Assembly (NCBI GenBank): GCA_009924775.1
Contig: RFQY01000001.1
Location: 6,157-70,156 of the forward strand
Origin: Paracoccaceae bacterium
GTDB taxonomy: Bacteria; Pseudomonadota; Alphaproteobacteria; Rhodobacterales; Rhodobacteraceae
Reading direction: 5' to 3'
Length of the DNA stretch: 64,000 nucleotides
The translations under genes and the position numbers were made by a program. Shown here in pieces: positions 1 through 9,687 of this stretch (the first letter of the stretch is position 1; each line of letters starts with the position of its first letter). The notes below the pieces were generated by a model that saw only the letters and a program-made list of their open reading frames with translations, did not search any database and was not told the origin of the DNA.

Positions 1-723
1 TGGCTGCAATGCCGGATCGACCCAAGCGCCGCGCCTGCCTATGACGTCGAGGAAATGCGCCTTGGCGAGAAATTATCGCTGTTTTTCCGCGATGTTATCC
101 CGATGCTTTCGGTGATGGTGGTGATCGTTTTCATGATGGTTGCGGGCATCGTTACCCCATCCGAGGCAGCCGCGTTCGGGGCCTTGGGCGTGTTGTTACT
201 GGCCGTGGTTTTCCGCTGCCTGACGTGGGAGGCGGTGAAGAAATCGGTTGTGGGCGCATTGCGGGTGACCTTGATGGCCTACCTGATCGTCTTCGGCTCG
301 GCCACGTTCAGCCAGCTTTTGGCCTTTTCGGGCGCGTCGCGCGGGCTGATCACTTGGGCCACCAGCTACGAGCTGGACCCGCTGATGATGCTGATGGTGA
401 TGTTTGGTGTGCTGTTGCTGCTGGGCATGTTCATGGAGCAGATCTCGATGATGCTGCTGACTGTGCCCATCTTCTTTCCATTGGCGCAAAGCCTAGGCTT
501 TGATTTGGTGTGGTTTGCGCTGATCATGCTGTTGGCGCTGGAAATCAGCTTTACCACGCCCCCGTTTGGCCTGTTGTTGTTTGTCATGAAGGGGGTGGCC
601 CCGCCCGATACCACGATGCGCGATATCTATGTGTCGGCCTTTCCGTTTATGGGATGTTCGCTGCTGCTGGTGGCGCTGTTGGTGGCCTTTCCGCAGCTGG
701 CGTTGTGGTTGCCGGGCCTATAG
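1..723 (+). CDS. TRAP transporter large permease (DctM family), C-terminal part; 5' end is upstream of the window
   Basis: Frame 1 is open from base 1 into ORF 55..723. The product is very hydrophobic (..GIVTPSEAAAFGALGVLLLAVVF.., ..FTTPPFGLLLFVMKGVAP..), typical of the C-terminal third of DctM permeases. Confidence 0.85.
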   Translation, partial: WLQCRIDPSAAPAYDVEEMRLGEKLSLFFRDVIPMLSVMVVIVFMMVAGIVTPSEAAAFGALGVLLLAVVFRCLTWEAVKKSVVGALRVTLMAYLIVFGSATFSQLLAFSGASRGLITWATSYELDPLMMLMVMFGVLLLLGMFMEQISMMLLTVPIFFPLAQSLGFDLVWFALIMLLALEISFTTPPFGLLLFVMKGVAPPDTTMRDIYVSAFPFMGCSLLLVALLVAFPQLALWLPGL

Positions 724-768
724 CGGGCAGAAATTCAGGGCCGGGGGGTAAAAGAGGCGATTTGCGTA

Positions 769-797
769 TTGACGCCCCCCGGCCAAAGCCGTAATCA
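769..797 (+). promoter_or_regulatory. candidate sigma70-type promoter of tRNA-Asp
   Basis: TTGACG (769-774), 17 nt spacer, TAATCA (792-797), 9 nt before the tRNA 5' end. It is embedded in a 10-bp inverted repeat GGCCGGGGGG/CCCCCCGGCC (739-748 / 775-784). Confidence 0.45.
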
Positions 798-806
798 CCC
801 CTCAAC

Positions 807-883
807 GCGGTTGTAGCTCAGTTGGTTAGAGTACCGGCCTGTCACGCCGGGGGTCGCGGGTTCGAGCCCCGTCAACCGCGCCA
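807..883 (+). tRNA. tRNA-Asp (anticodon GTC)
   Basis: 77-nt cloverleaf. Acceptor GCGGTTG/CAACCGC, D-arm TAGCTCAGTTGGTTAGAGTA, anticodon loop CTGTCAC, T-loop TTCGAGC, encoded CCA. Confidence 0.95.
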
Positions 884-922
884 CTTTCCCCTTTTGAATG
901 CCCCTACCGGAGACAGTCTGCC

Positions 923-1147
923 ATGCGCTTTTTGGACCGTATCAGCTGGTCTGTGGCGTTGGTTTTGGCTGTTTTTTTGGGGGCGGCACCGATCACCCCT
1001 GAACCCCATCTGGTGGAAAAACTGCGCATGTTGGTGCAGGGGCAATTGGTGCGGCCTTTGGATATGTTCGATCTGGCCATGCATGCTGCGCCGATTGTTT
1101 TGCTGGTGCTAAAGGCATGGCGCAGTTTTGGGGCGCGCGGCGCCTAA
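923..1147 (+). CDS. small conserved hypothetical membrane protein (74 aa)
   Basis: GGAGA Shine-Dalgarno 8 nt before the ATG. Two hydrophobic segments (SWSVALVLAVFLGAAPI, AAPIVLLVLKAW). It resembles a small protein I recall as conserved in roseobacters; no function known. Confidence 0.55.
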   Translation: MRFLDRISWSVALVLAVFLGAAPITPEPHLVEKLRMLVQGQLVRPLDMFDLAMHAAPIVLLVLKAWRSFGARGA

Positions 1148-2034
1148 CTGCCTGCGCGCCGGTCGTTGCTGGCAAAAAATTCCAACAGCGCCGTTGCGGT
1201 TTCACCGGGCGATTGATCGGGAAAGAAATGCCCGCCTGTGATGCCCGCCGCGCGCATATCGGCCAAGCGCGGCGCCCAAGTGGCAGCCACGTCATAGGCC
1301 TGTGCCATAGCCCCTTGCGCGCCGTAAAGCACCAAGGCTGGGCAGTGCACCTGGCGGTCTAAATCGGCGCGGTCTAATGCCAGATCCACATCGATGGCTG
1401 CGCGATAGTCATTGCACATGGCAGCAATCGCCTGCGGGTTGCGCCACGCGTGGCGATAGGCCTGCAGCTGGGCTGGCCCAAAATCTGACAATTGCGCAGC
1501 CCCCCAGCCCAATAAGCAGCTTTCAAAATAGGCGTCGGGGTCATGGCCGATCATGGTTTCGGGGAAGGGGGCGGGCTGGGCCAAAAACAGCCAGTGGTAA
1601 TAGGCCCGCGCCACTGGGGTTGTCAGCGCATCTAGTATGGTTTGCGTGGGCACAATATCCATCACCGTCAGGCTGGCCACCGCCTCGGGATGGTCCAGCG
1701 CCATGCGATGTGCGGTGCGCCCGCCACGGTCGTGGCCCACCAGATCAAAGCGCGCAAAGCCCAAATGCTGCATCAGCGCGGCCATATCGGCGCCCATCTC
1801 GCGAAACGAATAGGCCGCCATGCCCTGCGGTTTGCCGCTGTCGCCATAGCCGCGCAGATCGGCGCAGATCACCTGCCGCCCCGCCGCCACCAGCTGTGGG
1901 GCAATATCGGCCCACATCGCGTGGGTTTGGGGAAAGCCGTGCAACAACAGCACGGGCGCGCCGTGACCGGCGCGCACATAAGCGATAGAGGTGCCACGCA
2001 GGCTGGCTTGGCCGGTTTCAAAGCCCTCGAACAT
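1144..2034 (-). CDS. alpha/beta hydrolase (haloacetate dehalogenase / epoxide hydrolase-like)
   Basis: Start re-set to MFEGFETGQASLRGTSIAYVRAGHGAPVLLLHGFPQTHAMW. Nucleophile elbow VGHDRGG. The 76 upstream codons of ORF 1144..2262 overlap the M20 gene and look non-coding. Confidence 0.85.
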   Translation of the reverse strand: MFEGFETGQASLRGTSIAYVRAGHGAPVLLLHGFPQTHAMWADIAPQLVAAGRQVICADLRGYGDSGKPQGMAAYSFREMGADMAALMQHLGFARFDLVGHDRGGRTAHRMALDHPEAVASLTVMDIVPTQTILDALTTPVARAYYHWLFLAQPAPFPETMIGHDPDAYFESCLLGWGAAQLSDFGPAQLQAYRHAWRNPQAIAAMCNDYRAAIDVDLALDRADLDRQVHCPALVLYGAQGAMAQAYDVAATWAPRLADMRAAGITGGHFFPDQSPGETATALLEFFASNDRRAGS

Positions 2035-2045
2035 CTCTATCCCAC

Positions 2046-3434
2046 CTATGCCTGTGCTTGTGCCAATTTGCCCAACAGCCGCGCCCAGCTGCGAATGCCT
2101 TTGTGAAAGCACTCGATGTCGTATTTTTCGTTGGGGGAATGAATGTTGTCGTCGTCGCGTGCAAACCCAGTCAGCAAGGCATCCATGCCTAAGATTTCTT
2201 TGAAATGGCCCGCAATCGGGATCGAGCCGCCGCAGCCCACAAAGGCAGCAGGTTCGCCCCATTCTTCGCCCAATGCATCGCGTGTATGGGCAAAAATCGG
2301 GTGGTCCGTGGCCATAAGGCTGCCGCTGGCCCCGCCTTTTAGGTGGAATTCAGCGCGGCAATCTTTGGGCAGTTGCGCCTGCACCCAAGCGCGGAAATGG
2401 GCGCGAATGGCCTCTGGGTCTTGTTGGCCGACCAAGCGGAAACTGACCTTGGCATGGGCCTGTGCGGGCAGCACGGTTTTGAACCCTGCGCCGGTATACC
2501 CGCCCCAGATGCCGTTGATTTCGGCGGTGGGGCGCGACCAGATCATTTCCAGCGCCGTGCGGTCCGCCTCGCCTGCGGGCTGCGACAGGCCGACATCGCC
2601 CAAAAACGTGGCGGTGTCAAAATTCAACGCCTGCCAATCGGCGGCAATCTGGGCGGGCAGATCGGGCACGCCATCGTAGAAATGTGGAATTGTGATGCGC
2701 CCCTGATCATCGTGCATATTGCCCAAAATTTTCGACAGCACGCGAATGGGGTTCATCGCGACGCCGCCATACATGCCCGAATGCAAATCGCGGCTTGGGC
2801 CATGAATGGTCAGCTCTTCCGGCATCATGCCGCGCAGCATGGTCATAATGGCCGGGGTTTTCGACTGAAACAGCCCCGTGTCGCAAATCAGCGCCAGATC
2901 GGCCTGTAATTCGGCGGCGTTGTCTTGCAGGAAGGGCACCAGCGAGGGGGACGAGGATTCCTCTTCCCCTTCAAACAAAAAGGTAATGCTGCAGGGCAGG
3001 GCGCCATGCACCGCCTGCCAGGCCCGGGTGGCCTCGACAAAGGTCATCAGCTGGCCCTTGTCGTCGGATGCGCCGCGCGCCTGAATGGTGGGGCCATGGG
3101 GGCCTTCGGTGATGGCGGGATCGAACGGGTCGCTCTGCCACAGATCCAGCGGATCCACCGGCTGCACATCGTAATGGCCGTAAAACAACACATGCGGCGC
3201 GCCCTTTGGGCCTGCCACATGGCCCACCACCATTGGGTGGCCAGGGGTGGGGCGCACGCTGGCGGTGATGCCAAAGCTGCCAAGATCACGCGCCAGCCAT
3301 TCGGCGGCGTGCAGGCATTCGGCCTTAAAGGCCGGATCGGTCGAGATGGACCGGATGCGCAGCAGATCTTGCAGGCGGGAAATGGCATTTGGCAGATCGG
3401 CGTCGATATGCGCCAAAACTGGGCTGGTTTGCAT
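2046..3434 (-). CDS. M20 family metallopeptidase / dipeptidase (ArgE/DapE/CPG2-like)
   Basis: 462 aa with M20 signatures (HVLFYGHYDVQP, GASDDKGQ, FEGEEESSSPSL). 11 nt upstream of the hydrolase gene on the same strand, so a likely operon. Confidence 0.88.
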   Translation of the reverse strand: MQTSPVLAHIDADLPNAISRLQDLLRIRSISTDPAFKAECLHAAEWLARDLGSFGITASVRPTPGHPMVVGHVAGPKGAPHVLFYGHYDVQPVDPLDLWQSDPFDPAITEGPHGPTIQARGASDDKGQLMTFVEATRAWQAVHGALPCSITFLFEGEEESSSPSLVPFLQDNAAELQADLALICDTGLFQSKTPAIMTMLRGMMPEELTIHGPSRDLHSGMYGGVAMNPIRVLSKILGNMHDDQGRITIPHFYDGVPDLPAQIAADWQALNFDTATFLGDVGLSQPAGEADRTALEMIWSRPTAEINGIWGGYTGAGFKTVLPAQAHAKVSFRLVGQQDPEAIRAHFRAWVQAQLPKDCRAEFHLKGGASGSLMATDHPIFAHTRDALGEEWGEPAAFVGCGGSIPIAGHFKEILGMDALLTGFARDDDNIHSPNEKYDIECFHKGIRSWARLLGKLAQAQA

Positions 3435-3534
3435 GGTGGCTCCTGTTGGTTTGCCAGCAGGTTAGCGCCGTTTCACGGCAACCGAAACCCTGCTTGCGCC
3501 CCAAATTTTTCAGGCCCCAGCGTCGCCTTGGGTT

Positions 3535-3897
3535 TTACATAAAGCCCAGTTCCAGCCGCGCCTCGTCAGACATCATATCCATGCCCCATTGCGGCTCCCA
3601 TGTCAGTTCGACATCGACCTGTTTCACCCCATCCACCGGCTCGACCGCGTCGGCCACCCAGCCGGGCATATCGCCGGCCACAGGGCAGCCCGGTGCCGTA
3701 AGCGTCATGATGATGCGCACGGCATTCTCGGCGTCGATGTCGATGGTGTAGATCAGGCCAAGGTCATAGATATTGACGGGAATTTCCGGGTCAAAGACCG
3801 TGCGACAGGCATCTACCACGCTGTCATAAAGCGGGTGATCGGTGCTGGAGGGCTGGATCAGCGGCGCCCCTTCAAGCGGTTCTGCGGTATCGGTCAT
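3535..3897 (-). CDS. sufT: DUF59 / SufT-like Fe-S cluster assembly protein
   Basis: 120 aa. DPEIPVNIYDLGLIY and LTAPGCPVAG motifs are typical of MIP18/SufT (PaaD-like) proteins. Confidence 0.8.
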   Translation of the reverse strand: MTDTAEPLEGAPLIQPSSTDHPLYDSVVDACRTVFDPEIPVNIYDLGLIYTIDIDAENAVRIIMTLTAPGCPVAGDMPGWVADAVEPVDGVKQVDVELTWEPQWGMDMMSDEARLELGFM

Positions 3898-4008
3898 TTC
3901 AATCCCTATGGGTTCTGCATTTCCTGAGTGAAGATATAGGGAATAGCGCGCCCAAGGTCCATAGCGCGCGCATCATTCTTCAAAACGCCCTGTGTCATAG
4001 GCGCAGAC

Positions 4009-4782
4009 CTAGCCAAATTTGCTGTCACGCTCGGCCGCAAGGCGGCCTTCGTCCATGAAATGGCCAATCATGACCGGGGTGGCCATGGCATAGGCCTGAT
4101 CCAAGGGCAGGCCCAAATGCGCATCCAGCGCGGCCTTGCCCGCAGCAATTGGGCCGGGGTTGCGGCTGGCCAGTGTTTTGGCAAATTCTATCGTTTCCTT
4201 GCCCAAGGCATTCGAGGTGAAGATCCGGTTGATCAACCCAGCCTGCAAAGCCCATTGCGCATCCATCGCTTGGCCCGATAGGGCCAGTTCCATCACATGG
4301 CGGCGCGAAATGGCGCGCGATACGCCCACGATTGGCGTGGTGCAGAACCCGCCATTATTCACCCCCGGCAGGCAAAAGCTGGCCCGATCGGATGCAAAGA
4401 CCAAATCGCACGATGCCGCCATTTGCAGCCCGGCTGCCGTGGCGATGCCATCGACCATGGCGATGGTGGGTTGGGGCAGGCTGGCCAGCCGTTGCATCAT
4501 CTGCGCGCAGGCATCAAACAACTGGGTTAAAAACGCGTGGCCCTGATCTGGGTCTTGGCGGTGGGCGGCAATTTCTTTCAGGTCGTGGCCTGCACAGAAA
4601 ATGTGGCCCGGCCCCGACAAGACCACCACCCGCGCTTGGGGGTTTTCTGCGGCGGCGTCTAGCGCGCCATGCAGCGCCTCGATCAGTGCCAAAGACAGCG
4701 GGTGCGCGGGTGCGCGCCCCAAGGTCAGCGTTAGCACGCCATCGTCAAGATCGGCTGCCACGAGCGGGTGTTGTGTGGTCAT
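4009..4782 (-). CDS. enoyl-CoA hydratase/isomerase (crotonase) family protein
   Basis: Crotonase fold motifs (VVVLSGPGHIFCAGHDLKE, VDGIATAAGLQMAASCDL). Start chosen at MTTQHPLV with GAAAGGG 7 nt upstream; the alternative ATG is at 4833. Confidence 0.85.
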   Translation of the reverse strand: MTTQHPLVAADLDDGVLTLTLGRAPAHPLSLALIEALHGALDAAAENPQARVVVLSGPGHIFCAGHDLKEIAAHRQDPDQGHAFLTQLFDACAQMMQRLASLPQPTIAMVDGIATAAGLQMAASCDLVFASDRASFCLPGVNNGGFCTTPIVGVSRAISRRHVMELALSGQAMDAQWALQAGLINRIFTSNALGKETIEFAKTLASRNPGPIAAGKAALDAHLGLPLDQAYAMATPVMIGHFMDEGRLAAERDSKFG

Positions 4783-4927
4783 GCTTGGCCCTTTCGTTTT
4801 TGCCAGTTTGGCCGCTGATTGGCGCCGGGGCAAGCGATGATCGGGCCGGGGGCTTGGCTTGGGCCCCCATTTGCAGTTAAGAGCGCGCCACAGCCTGCCG
4901 ATGCAGGCCCAAGAAAAGGTGCCGCCA

Positions 4928-6058
4928 ATGAGTGCAGATTTCTCGTTTCAGCTGTTGGCCCAAGATGGGCAGGCCCGTCGCGGGGTGATCCACACGCCGC
5001 GCGGCGATATTCGCACGCCCGCTTTCATGCCCGTGGGCACGGCTGCCACGGTAAAAGCCATGATGCCCGAAAGCGTGGCGGCAACGGGGGCCGATATTTT
5101 GCTGGGCAATACCTATCACTTGATGCTGCGCCCGGGCGCCGAACGCGTGGCGCGGCTGGGGGGCTTGCACCAGTTCATGAATTGGCAAAAGCCGATTTTG
5201 ACAGATAGCGGCGGGTTTCAGGTGATGAGCTTGTCTGACCTGCGCAAGCTGACCGAAGAAGGCGTGACATTTCGCAGCCATATCGATGGCTCGAAGCACA
5301 TGCTAAGCCCCGAACGCAGCATGGAAATTCAGCGCCTTCTCGGCTCGGATATCGTGATGTGTTTCGACGAATGCCCCGCCTTGCCCGCCGATCGCGACCG
5401 CATTGCCAGTTCCATGCAGCTGTCCATGCGGTGGGCCAAACGGTCGCGCGAGGCGTTTGGCACACGGCCGGGGCATGCGCTTTTTGGCATCCAGCAAGGG
5501 GGCTTGGAAGAAGACCTGCGCCGCGAAAGCGCCGAGGCGCTGCAAGAAATCGGCTTCGAGGGCTATGCGATTGGCGGGCTGGCGGTGGGCGAGGGGCAAG
5601 AGGCCATGTTTGGATGCCTCGACACCGCCCCCGGAATGTTGCCGCAAGACAAGCCGCGCTATCTGATGGGGGTGGGTAAACCCGATGATATCGTGGGCGC
5701 GGTCAAGCGCGGCGTTGATATGATGGATTGCGTTTTGCCCTCGCGCTCGGGGCGTACGGGGCAGGCCTGGACACTGCGGGGGCAGGTGAACATCAAAAAC
5801 GCCCGCCACGCCGATGACCCGCGCCCCTTGGACGCAGATTGCACATGCCCCGCCTGCCGCAATTACAGCCGGGCCTATCTGCATCATGTGTTCCGCGCCC
5901 AAGAAATGATCTCGGGCATGCTGCTGACGTGGCATAACCTGCATTATTTCCAGCACATCATGCAAGGCATGCGCGACGCCATCGAACAGGGCCAATTTGC
6001 ACAATGGGAGCGCGATTTTCATGCCCTGCGCGCCGAAGGCGATATCGAACCGCTGTAG
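4928..6058 (+). CDS. tgt: tRNA-guanine(34) transglycosylase (queuine tRNA-ribosyltransferase)
   Basis: [32 protein letters not shown].., LTDSGGFQV, zinc site [16 protein letters not shown]. Start re-set from 4859. Confidence 0.95.
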   Translation: MSADFSFQLLAQDGQARRGVIHTPRGDIRTPAFMPVGTAATVKAMMPESVAATGADILLGNTYHLMLRPGAERVARLGGLHQFMNWQKPILTDSGGFQVMSLSDLRKLTEEGVTFRSHIDGSKHMLSPERSMEIQRLLGSDIVMCFDECPALPADRDRIASSMQLSMRWAKRSREAFGTRPGHALFGIQQGGLEEDLRRESAEALQEIGFEGYAIGGLAVGEGQEAMFGCLDTAPGMLPQDKPRYLMGVGKPDDIVGAVKRGVDMMDCVLPSRSGRTGQAWTLRGQVNIKNARHADDPRPLDADCTCPACRNYSRAYLHHVFRAQEMISGMLLTWHNLHYFQHIMQGMRDAIEQGQFAQWERDFHALRAEGDIEPL

Positions 6059-6311
6059 GCCGATGGCATTGCTTTTGCAGCCGAAGGGCGCATTAACCGG
6101 GCATTCAGCCTGCTGTGAATTGGCGGTTGCCCCGGGCGCGCCCTGCGGGCAGAGTGCGGGTAAAGATATGGTTGAAACTGCGGGGCAAAACCCCCAAGTA
6201 ACCAGACTGAACGAGGGGGAGATCCTGTATGGCAGGCACCCTCTTTGACCAAGGAAGCGGTGGGGTTGCCATAGATGGGGCCAGACCGCTTGCCGCAAAA
6301 AAGGACCGAGC

Positions 6312-8720
6312 ATGCAAGAGTTTAATTCCTCCTACCCTGTACTTCCGCTGCGCGACATCGTGGTGTTTCCGCATATGATCGTGCCGCTTTTCGTGGGGCG
6401 CGAAAAATCGGTGCGCGCGCTGGAAGAGGTGATGCAGGACGACAAGCAGATTCTGCTGTCCAGCCAGATCGACCCCTCGGTTGACGACCCGGCAACCGAT
6501 GGCATCTACCGCGTGGGCGTGTTGGCCAATGTTTTGCAATTGCTGAAATTGCCCGATGGCACCGTCAAGGTGCTGGTCGAGGGGCAAACCCGTGTCGCCA
6601 TCGATAGTTTTCTTGAAAACGAGCGGTTTTTCGAGGCAACCGTTGCGGCCGTTGCCGAAACCCAGGGCGATCTAGAAGTGGTCGAAGCGCTGTTGCGCAC
6701 CTGCGGCGACGAATTCGAACGCTATGCCAAGGTGAAGAAAAACATCCCCGAAGAGGCCTTGGCGACGGTGGCCGAAACCACCGACCCCGCCAAGCTGGCC
6801 GATCTTATCGCCGGTCATTTGGGTATTGATGTGGCCCAAAAGCAGGATCTGTTGGAAACCCTGACCCTGAGCGAGCGGCTGGAAAAGATTTATGGCTTGA
6901 TGCAGGGCGAAATGTCTGTGCTGCAGGTCGAAAAGAAAATCAAAACCCGCGTCAAAAGCCAGATGGAGCGCACCCAGCGCGAATATTATCTGAACGAGCA
7001 GATGAAGGCCATTCAGAAAGAACTGGGCGAGGGCGAAGAGGGCGCCAGCGAGCTTGCGGAACTGGAAGAGCGTATCAACAGCACAAAGCTGTCGAAAGAA
7101 GCGCAGGAAAAAGCCACCGCCGAGCTGAAAAAGCTGAAATCCATGAGCCCAATGAGCGCCGAGGCAACGGTGGTGCGCAACTATCTGGATTGGATGTTGT
7201 CCATTCCGTGGGGCGTGAAAAGCCGCACCAAGAAAGACCTGCACAAAGCCCAAGAGATTTTGGATGCAGATCACTATGGTCTGGAAAAGGTGAAAGAGCG
7301 CATCGTTGAATATCTGGCGGTGCAAAGCCGCAGCCAAAAGCTGAAAGGCCCCATCTTGTGCCTTGTGGGCCCCCCCGGTGTGGGCAAAACCAGCTTGGGC
7401 AAATCTGTCGCCAAGGCGACGGGGCGTGAATTTATTCGCATCAGTTTGGGTGGGGTGCGTGACGAATCGGAAATTCGTGGCCACCGGCGCACCTATATCG
7501 GCTCGATGCCGGGCAAAATCATTCAGGCGCTCAAAAAGGCGAAAACCACGAACCCGCTGATTTTGTTGGATGAAATCGACAAGATGGGCCAAGATTTTCG
7601 TGGCGATCCAGCCAGTGCCATGCTCGAGGTGTTGGACCCCGAACAAAACAACACCTTCGTCGATCACTATCTAGAGGTGGAATACGACCTTTCGAACGTG
7701 ATGTTCTTGACCACGGCCAACAGCTATAACATGCCCGGCCCATTGCTGGACCGCATGGAGATTATCAGCCTTGCGGGCTATACCGAGGATGAAAAGCGCG
7801 AAATCGCAAAGCAGCATTTGGTGCAAAAGCAGATCAAAAACCACGGCCTGCGCAAAGGCGAATTCAGCGTCAGCGATGATGCGCTTGACGAGATGATCCG
7901 CCACTACACCCGCGAGGCGGGGGTGCGTAACCTTGAACGCGAACTGGCCAAGCTGACGCGCAAAGCGGTGACCAAGATTATCAAAGGCGAAACCAAGGCG
8001 GTGAATGTCACGGCCGACACGCTGGACGACTATCTTGGCGTGAAGAAATTCCGCTATGGTTTGGCCGAAAAAGAGGATCAGGTGGGCGTGGTGACGGGGC
8101 TTGCCTATACCAGTGTTGGCGGCGATCTGTTGTCGATCGAGGCACTGCGCCTGCCCGGGAAGGGGCGGATGAAAACCACCGGCAAGCTGGGGGATGTGAT
8201 GAAAGAATCCATCGATGCCGCAGCCAGCTATGTGCGTTCGATCGCGCCACAAATCGGGGTAAAGCCGCCGCGTTTGGACCATTGGGACATTCACGTGCAC
8301 GTGCCCGAAGGGGCCACGCCAAAGGATGGCCCAAGCGCCGGCTTGGCGATGGTGACATCGATCGTTTCGGTGTTAACGCAAATCCCGGTACGCAAAGACA
8401 TTGCCATGACGGGCGAGGTGACGCTGCGGGGGAATGCGCTGGCGATTGGCGGGCTGAAAGAAAAACTGCTGGCCGCCTTGCGGGGTGGGGTGAAAACCGT
8501 GTTGATCCCGCAAGAAAACGAAAAGGATTTGGTGGATATTCCCGACAATGTGAAACAGGGGATGACGATTATTCCTGTCACCCATGTAAGCCAAGTGTTG
8601 GAACAAGCGCTGGTACGTCAGCCCGAAGCCATTGATTGGGATGAAGCCGCAGAAGAGGCGGCGGCCATGGCCGCTGCTGAAAAAATGGCCCATGGGGCCA
8701 GCGGTGCAATTGCGCATTAA
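6312..8720 (+). CDS. lon: ATP-dependent Lon protease
   Basis: 802 aa. LON N-domain, Walker A GPPGVGKTS, proteolytic site PKDGPSAG. Confidence 0.97.
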   Translation: MQEFNSSYPVLPLRDIVVFPHMIVPLFVGREKSVRALEEVMQDDKQILLSSQIDPSVDDPATDGIYRVGVLANVLQLLKLPDGTVKVLVEGQTRVAIDSFLENERFFEATVAAVAETQGDLEVVEALLRTCGDEFERYAKVKKNIPEEALATVAETTDPAKLADLIAGHLGIDVAQKQDLLETLTLSERLEKIYGLMQGEMSVLQVEKKIKTRVKSQMERTQREYYLNEQMKAIQKELGEGEEGASELAELEERINSTKLSKEAQEKATAELKKLKSMSPMSAEATVVRNYLDWMLSIPWGVKSRTKKDLHKAQEILDADHYGLEKVKERIVEYLAVQSRSQKLKGPILCLVGPPGVGKTSLGKSVAKATGREFIRISLGGVRDESEIRGHRRTYIGSMPGKIIQALKKAKTTNPLILLDEIDKMGQDFRGDPASAMLEVLDPEQNNTFVDHYLEVEYDLSNVMFLTTANSYNMPGPLLDRMEIISLAGYTEDEKREIAKQHLVQKQIKNHGLRKGEFSVSDDALDEMIRHYTREAGVRNLERELAKLTRKAVTKIIKGETKAVNVTADTLDDYLGVKKFRYGLAEKEDQVGVVTGLAYTSVGGDLLSIEALRLPGKGRMKTTGKLGDVMKESIDAAASYVRSIAPQIGVKPPRLDHWDIHVHVPEGATPKDGPSAGLAMVTSIVSVLTQIPVRKDIAMTGEVTLRGNALAIGGLKEKLLAALRGGVKTVLIPQENEKDLVDIPDNVKQGMTIIPVTHVSQVLEQALVRQPEAIDWDEAAEEAAAMAAAEKMAHGASGAIAH

Positions 8721-8737
8721 GCCACCCAAACCCAAAG

Positions 8738-8766
8738 AAAAGGCGCCTTCGGGCGCCTTTTTGTTT
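8738..8766 (+). terminator. rho-independent terminator after lon
   Basis: AAAAGGCGCC-TTCG-GGCGCCTTTT stem-loop followed by TTGTTT. Confidence 0.8.
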
Positions 8767-8846
8767 CCAATTTGTATAGAATGCTGGCGGGGCGGATGGG
8801 CCTGCGCTAGGCTGGGCTGTGTTGTTCAGTGGTAAAGGGGTACGTT

Positions 8847-9275
8847 ATGTCCACCACATCGCGCAAATCTGCGCCAAAACCCGTGGCTGCAAAGGCCAAA
8901 CTTTCACCGGTCCCAGCGCCTATTGATGTCATCGTGACGCCCGATATGAGCGATCCCACCTTGCCAGAACCCAAAATGCCAGAGCTTAAGAAAAAAGAGC
9001 TGCTAGAGATGGTATTGGAGCAGGGCGATTTTAAGAAAAAGCATGCCAAACCCGTAATGGATGCGGTGCTTGCGGCGCTGCGGCTGGCGCTGCTGGATGG
9101 GCGCGATATGACGCTGCCACCTTTGGGCAAGGTCAAACTGACCCGGGCCAAAGATACCCAAGGGGCGCAGGTTGTGACCTGCCGCATACGTCTGGCGGGC
9201 GATGAGGGTGATAAAAAACCTGCATCAATAGATGAAAAACCTAAAGCTGCCCCCCTTGCAGAGGTTGAAGACTGA
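8847..9275 (+). CDS. HU-like DNA-binding domain protein with Lys/Pro/Ala-rich tails (divergent)
   Basis: AAGGGG Shine-Dalgarno 6 nt before ATG 8847. The core LKKKELLEMVLEQGDFKKKHAKPVMDAVLAALRLALLDGRDMTLPPLGKVKL resembles the helical N-half of HU/IHF. It sits at the lon-downstream position usually held by hup. Confidence 0.6.
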   Translation: MSTTSRKSAPKPVAAKAKLSPVPAPIDVIVTPDMSDPTLPEPKMPELKKKELLEMVLEQGDFKKKHAKPVMDAVLAALRLALLDGRDMTLPPLGKVKLTRAKDTQGAQVVTCRIRLAGDEGDKKPASIDEKPKAAPLAEVED

Positions 9276-9294
9276 GGTTAATACCCCCGCTACC

Positions 9295-9369
9295 GGGTGA
9301 TTAGCTCAGTGGTAGAGCGCTTCGTTCACATCGAAGATGTCAGGAGTTCGAATCTCTTATCACCCACCA
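9295..9369 (+). tRNA. tRNA-Val (anticodon CAC)
   Basis: Acceptor GGGTGAT/ATCACCC, anticodon stem CTTCG/CGAAG with loop TTCACAT, T-loop TTCGAAT, encoded CCA. Confidence 0.95.
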
Positions 9370-9517
9370 GAATAGCTGCGCGCGCCCAATCTTTTGGGGG
9401 CGCGTTTTGCATTTGGGGGCAGGGTACTGCGGTGATGAGAAAAGTTTTACAAAGATGTAAAAATGGCTGCAAAAGCGTCTTGCGCATCCCGCTTGCCGCC
9501 GCTATTTGTGCGCCATA

Positions 9518-9593
<76 letters not shown>

Positions 9594-9687
9594 TTTCCCA
9601 CCATGTTTGTGCTGTCTTGCACCTGTGCGATTTGCGCGCTAACCGGGGCGTGGAACGCGGCATGGGCCGCTTGGGAAAGGACCATTC

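Noticed and set aside
6245-6276. Heat-shock (sigma32-type) promoter upstream of lon: TTGACC (6245-6250), 18 nt spacer, CCATAGAT (6269-6276).
   Set aside because: The resemblance to the RpoH consensus (CTTG.. / CC.TAT.T) is only loose, and the spacer is long. It is plausible biologically but too weak to list as a feature.
9370-9517. 148-bp spacer between the two tRNA-Val genes (contains ORF 9297..9518).
   Set aside because: The ORF starts inside the first tRNA. The spacer is explained by a terminator-like hairpin (CGCGCCC..GGGCGCG plus TTTTG) after tRNA-Val(CAC) and an AT-rich promoter-like stretch before tRNA-Val(TAC).
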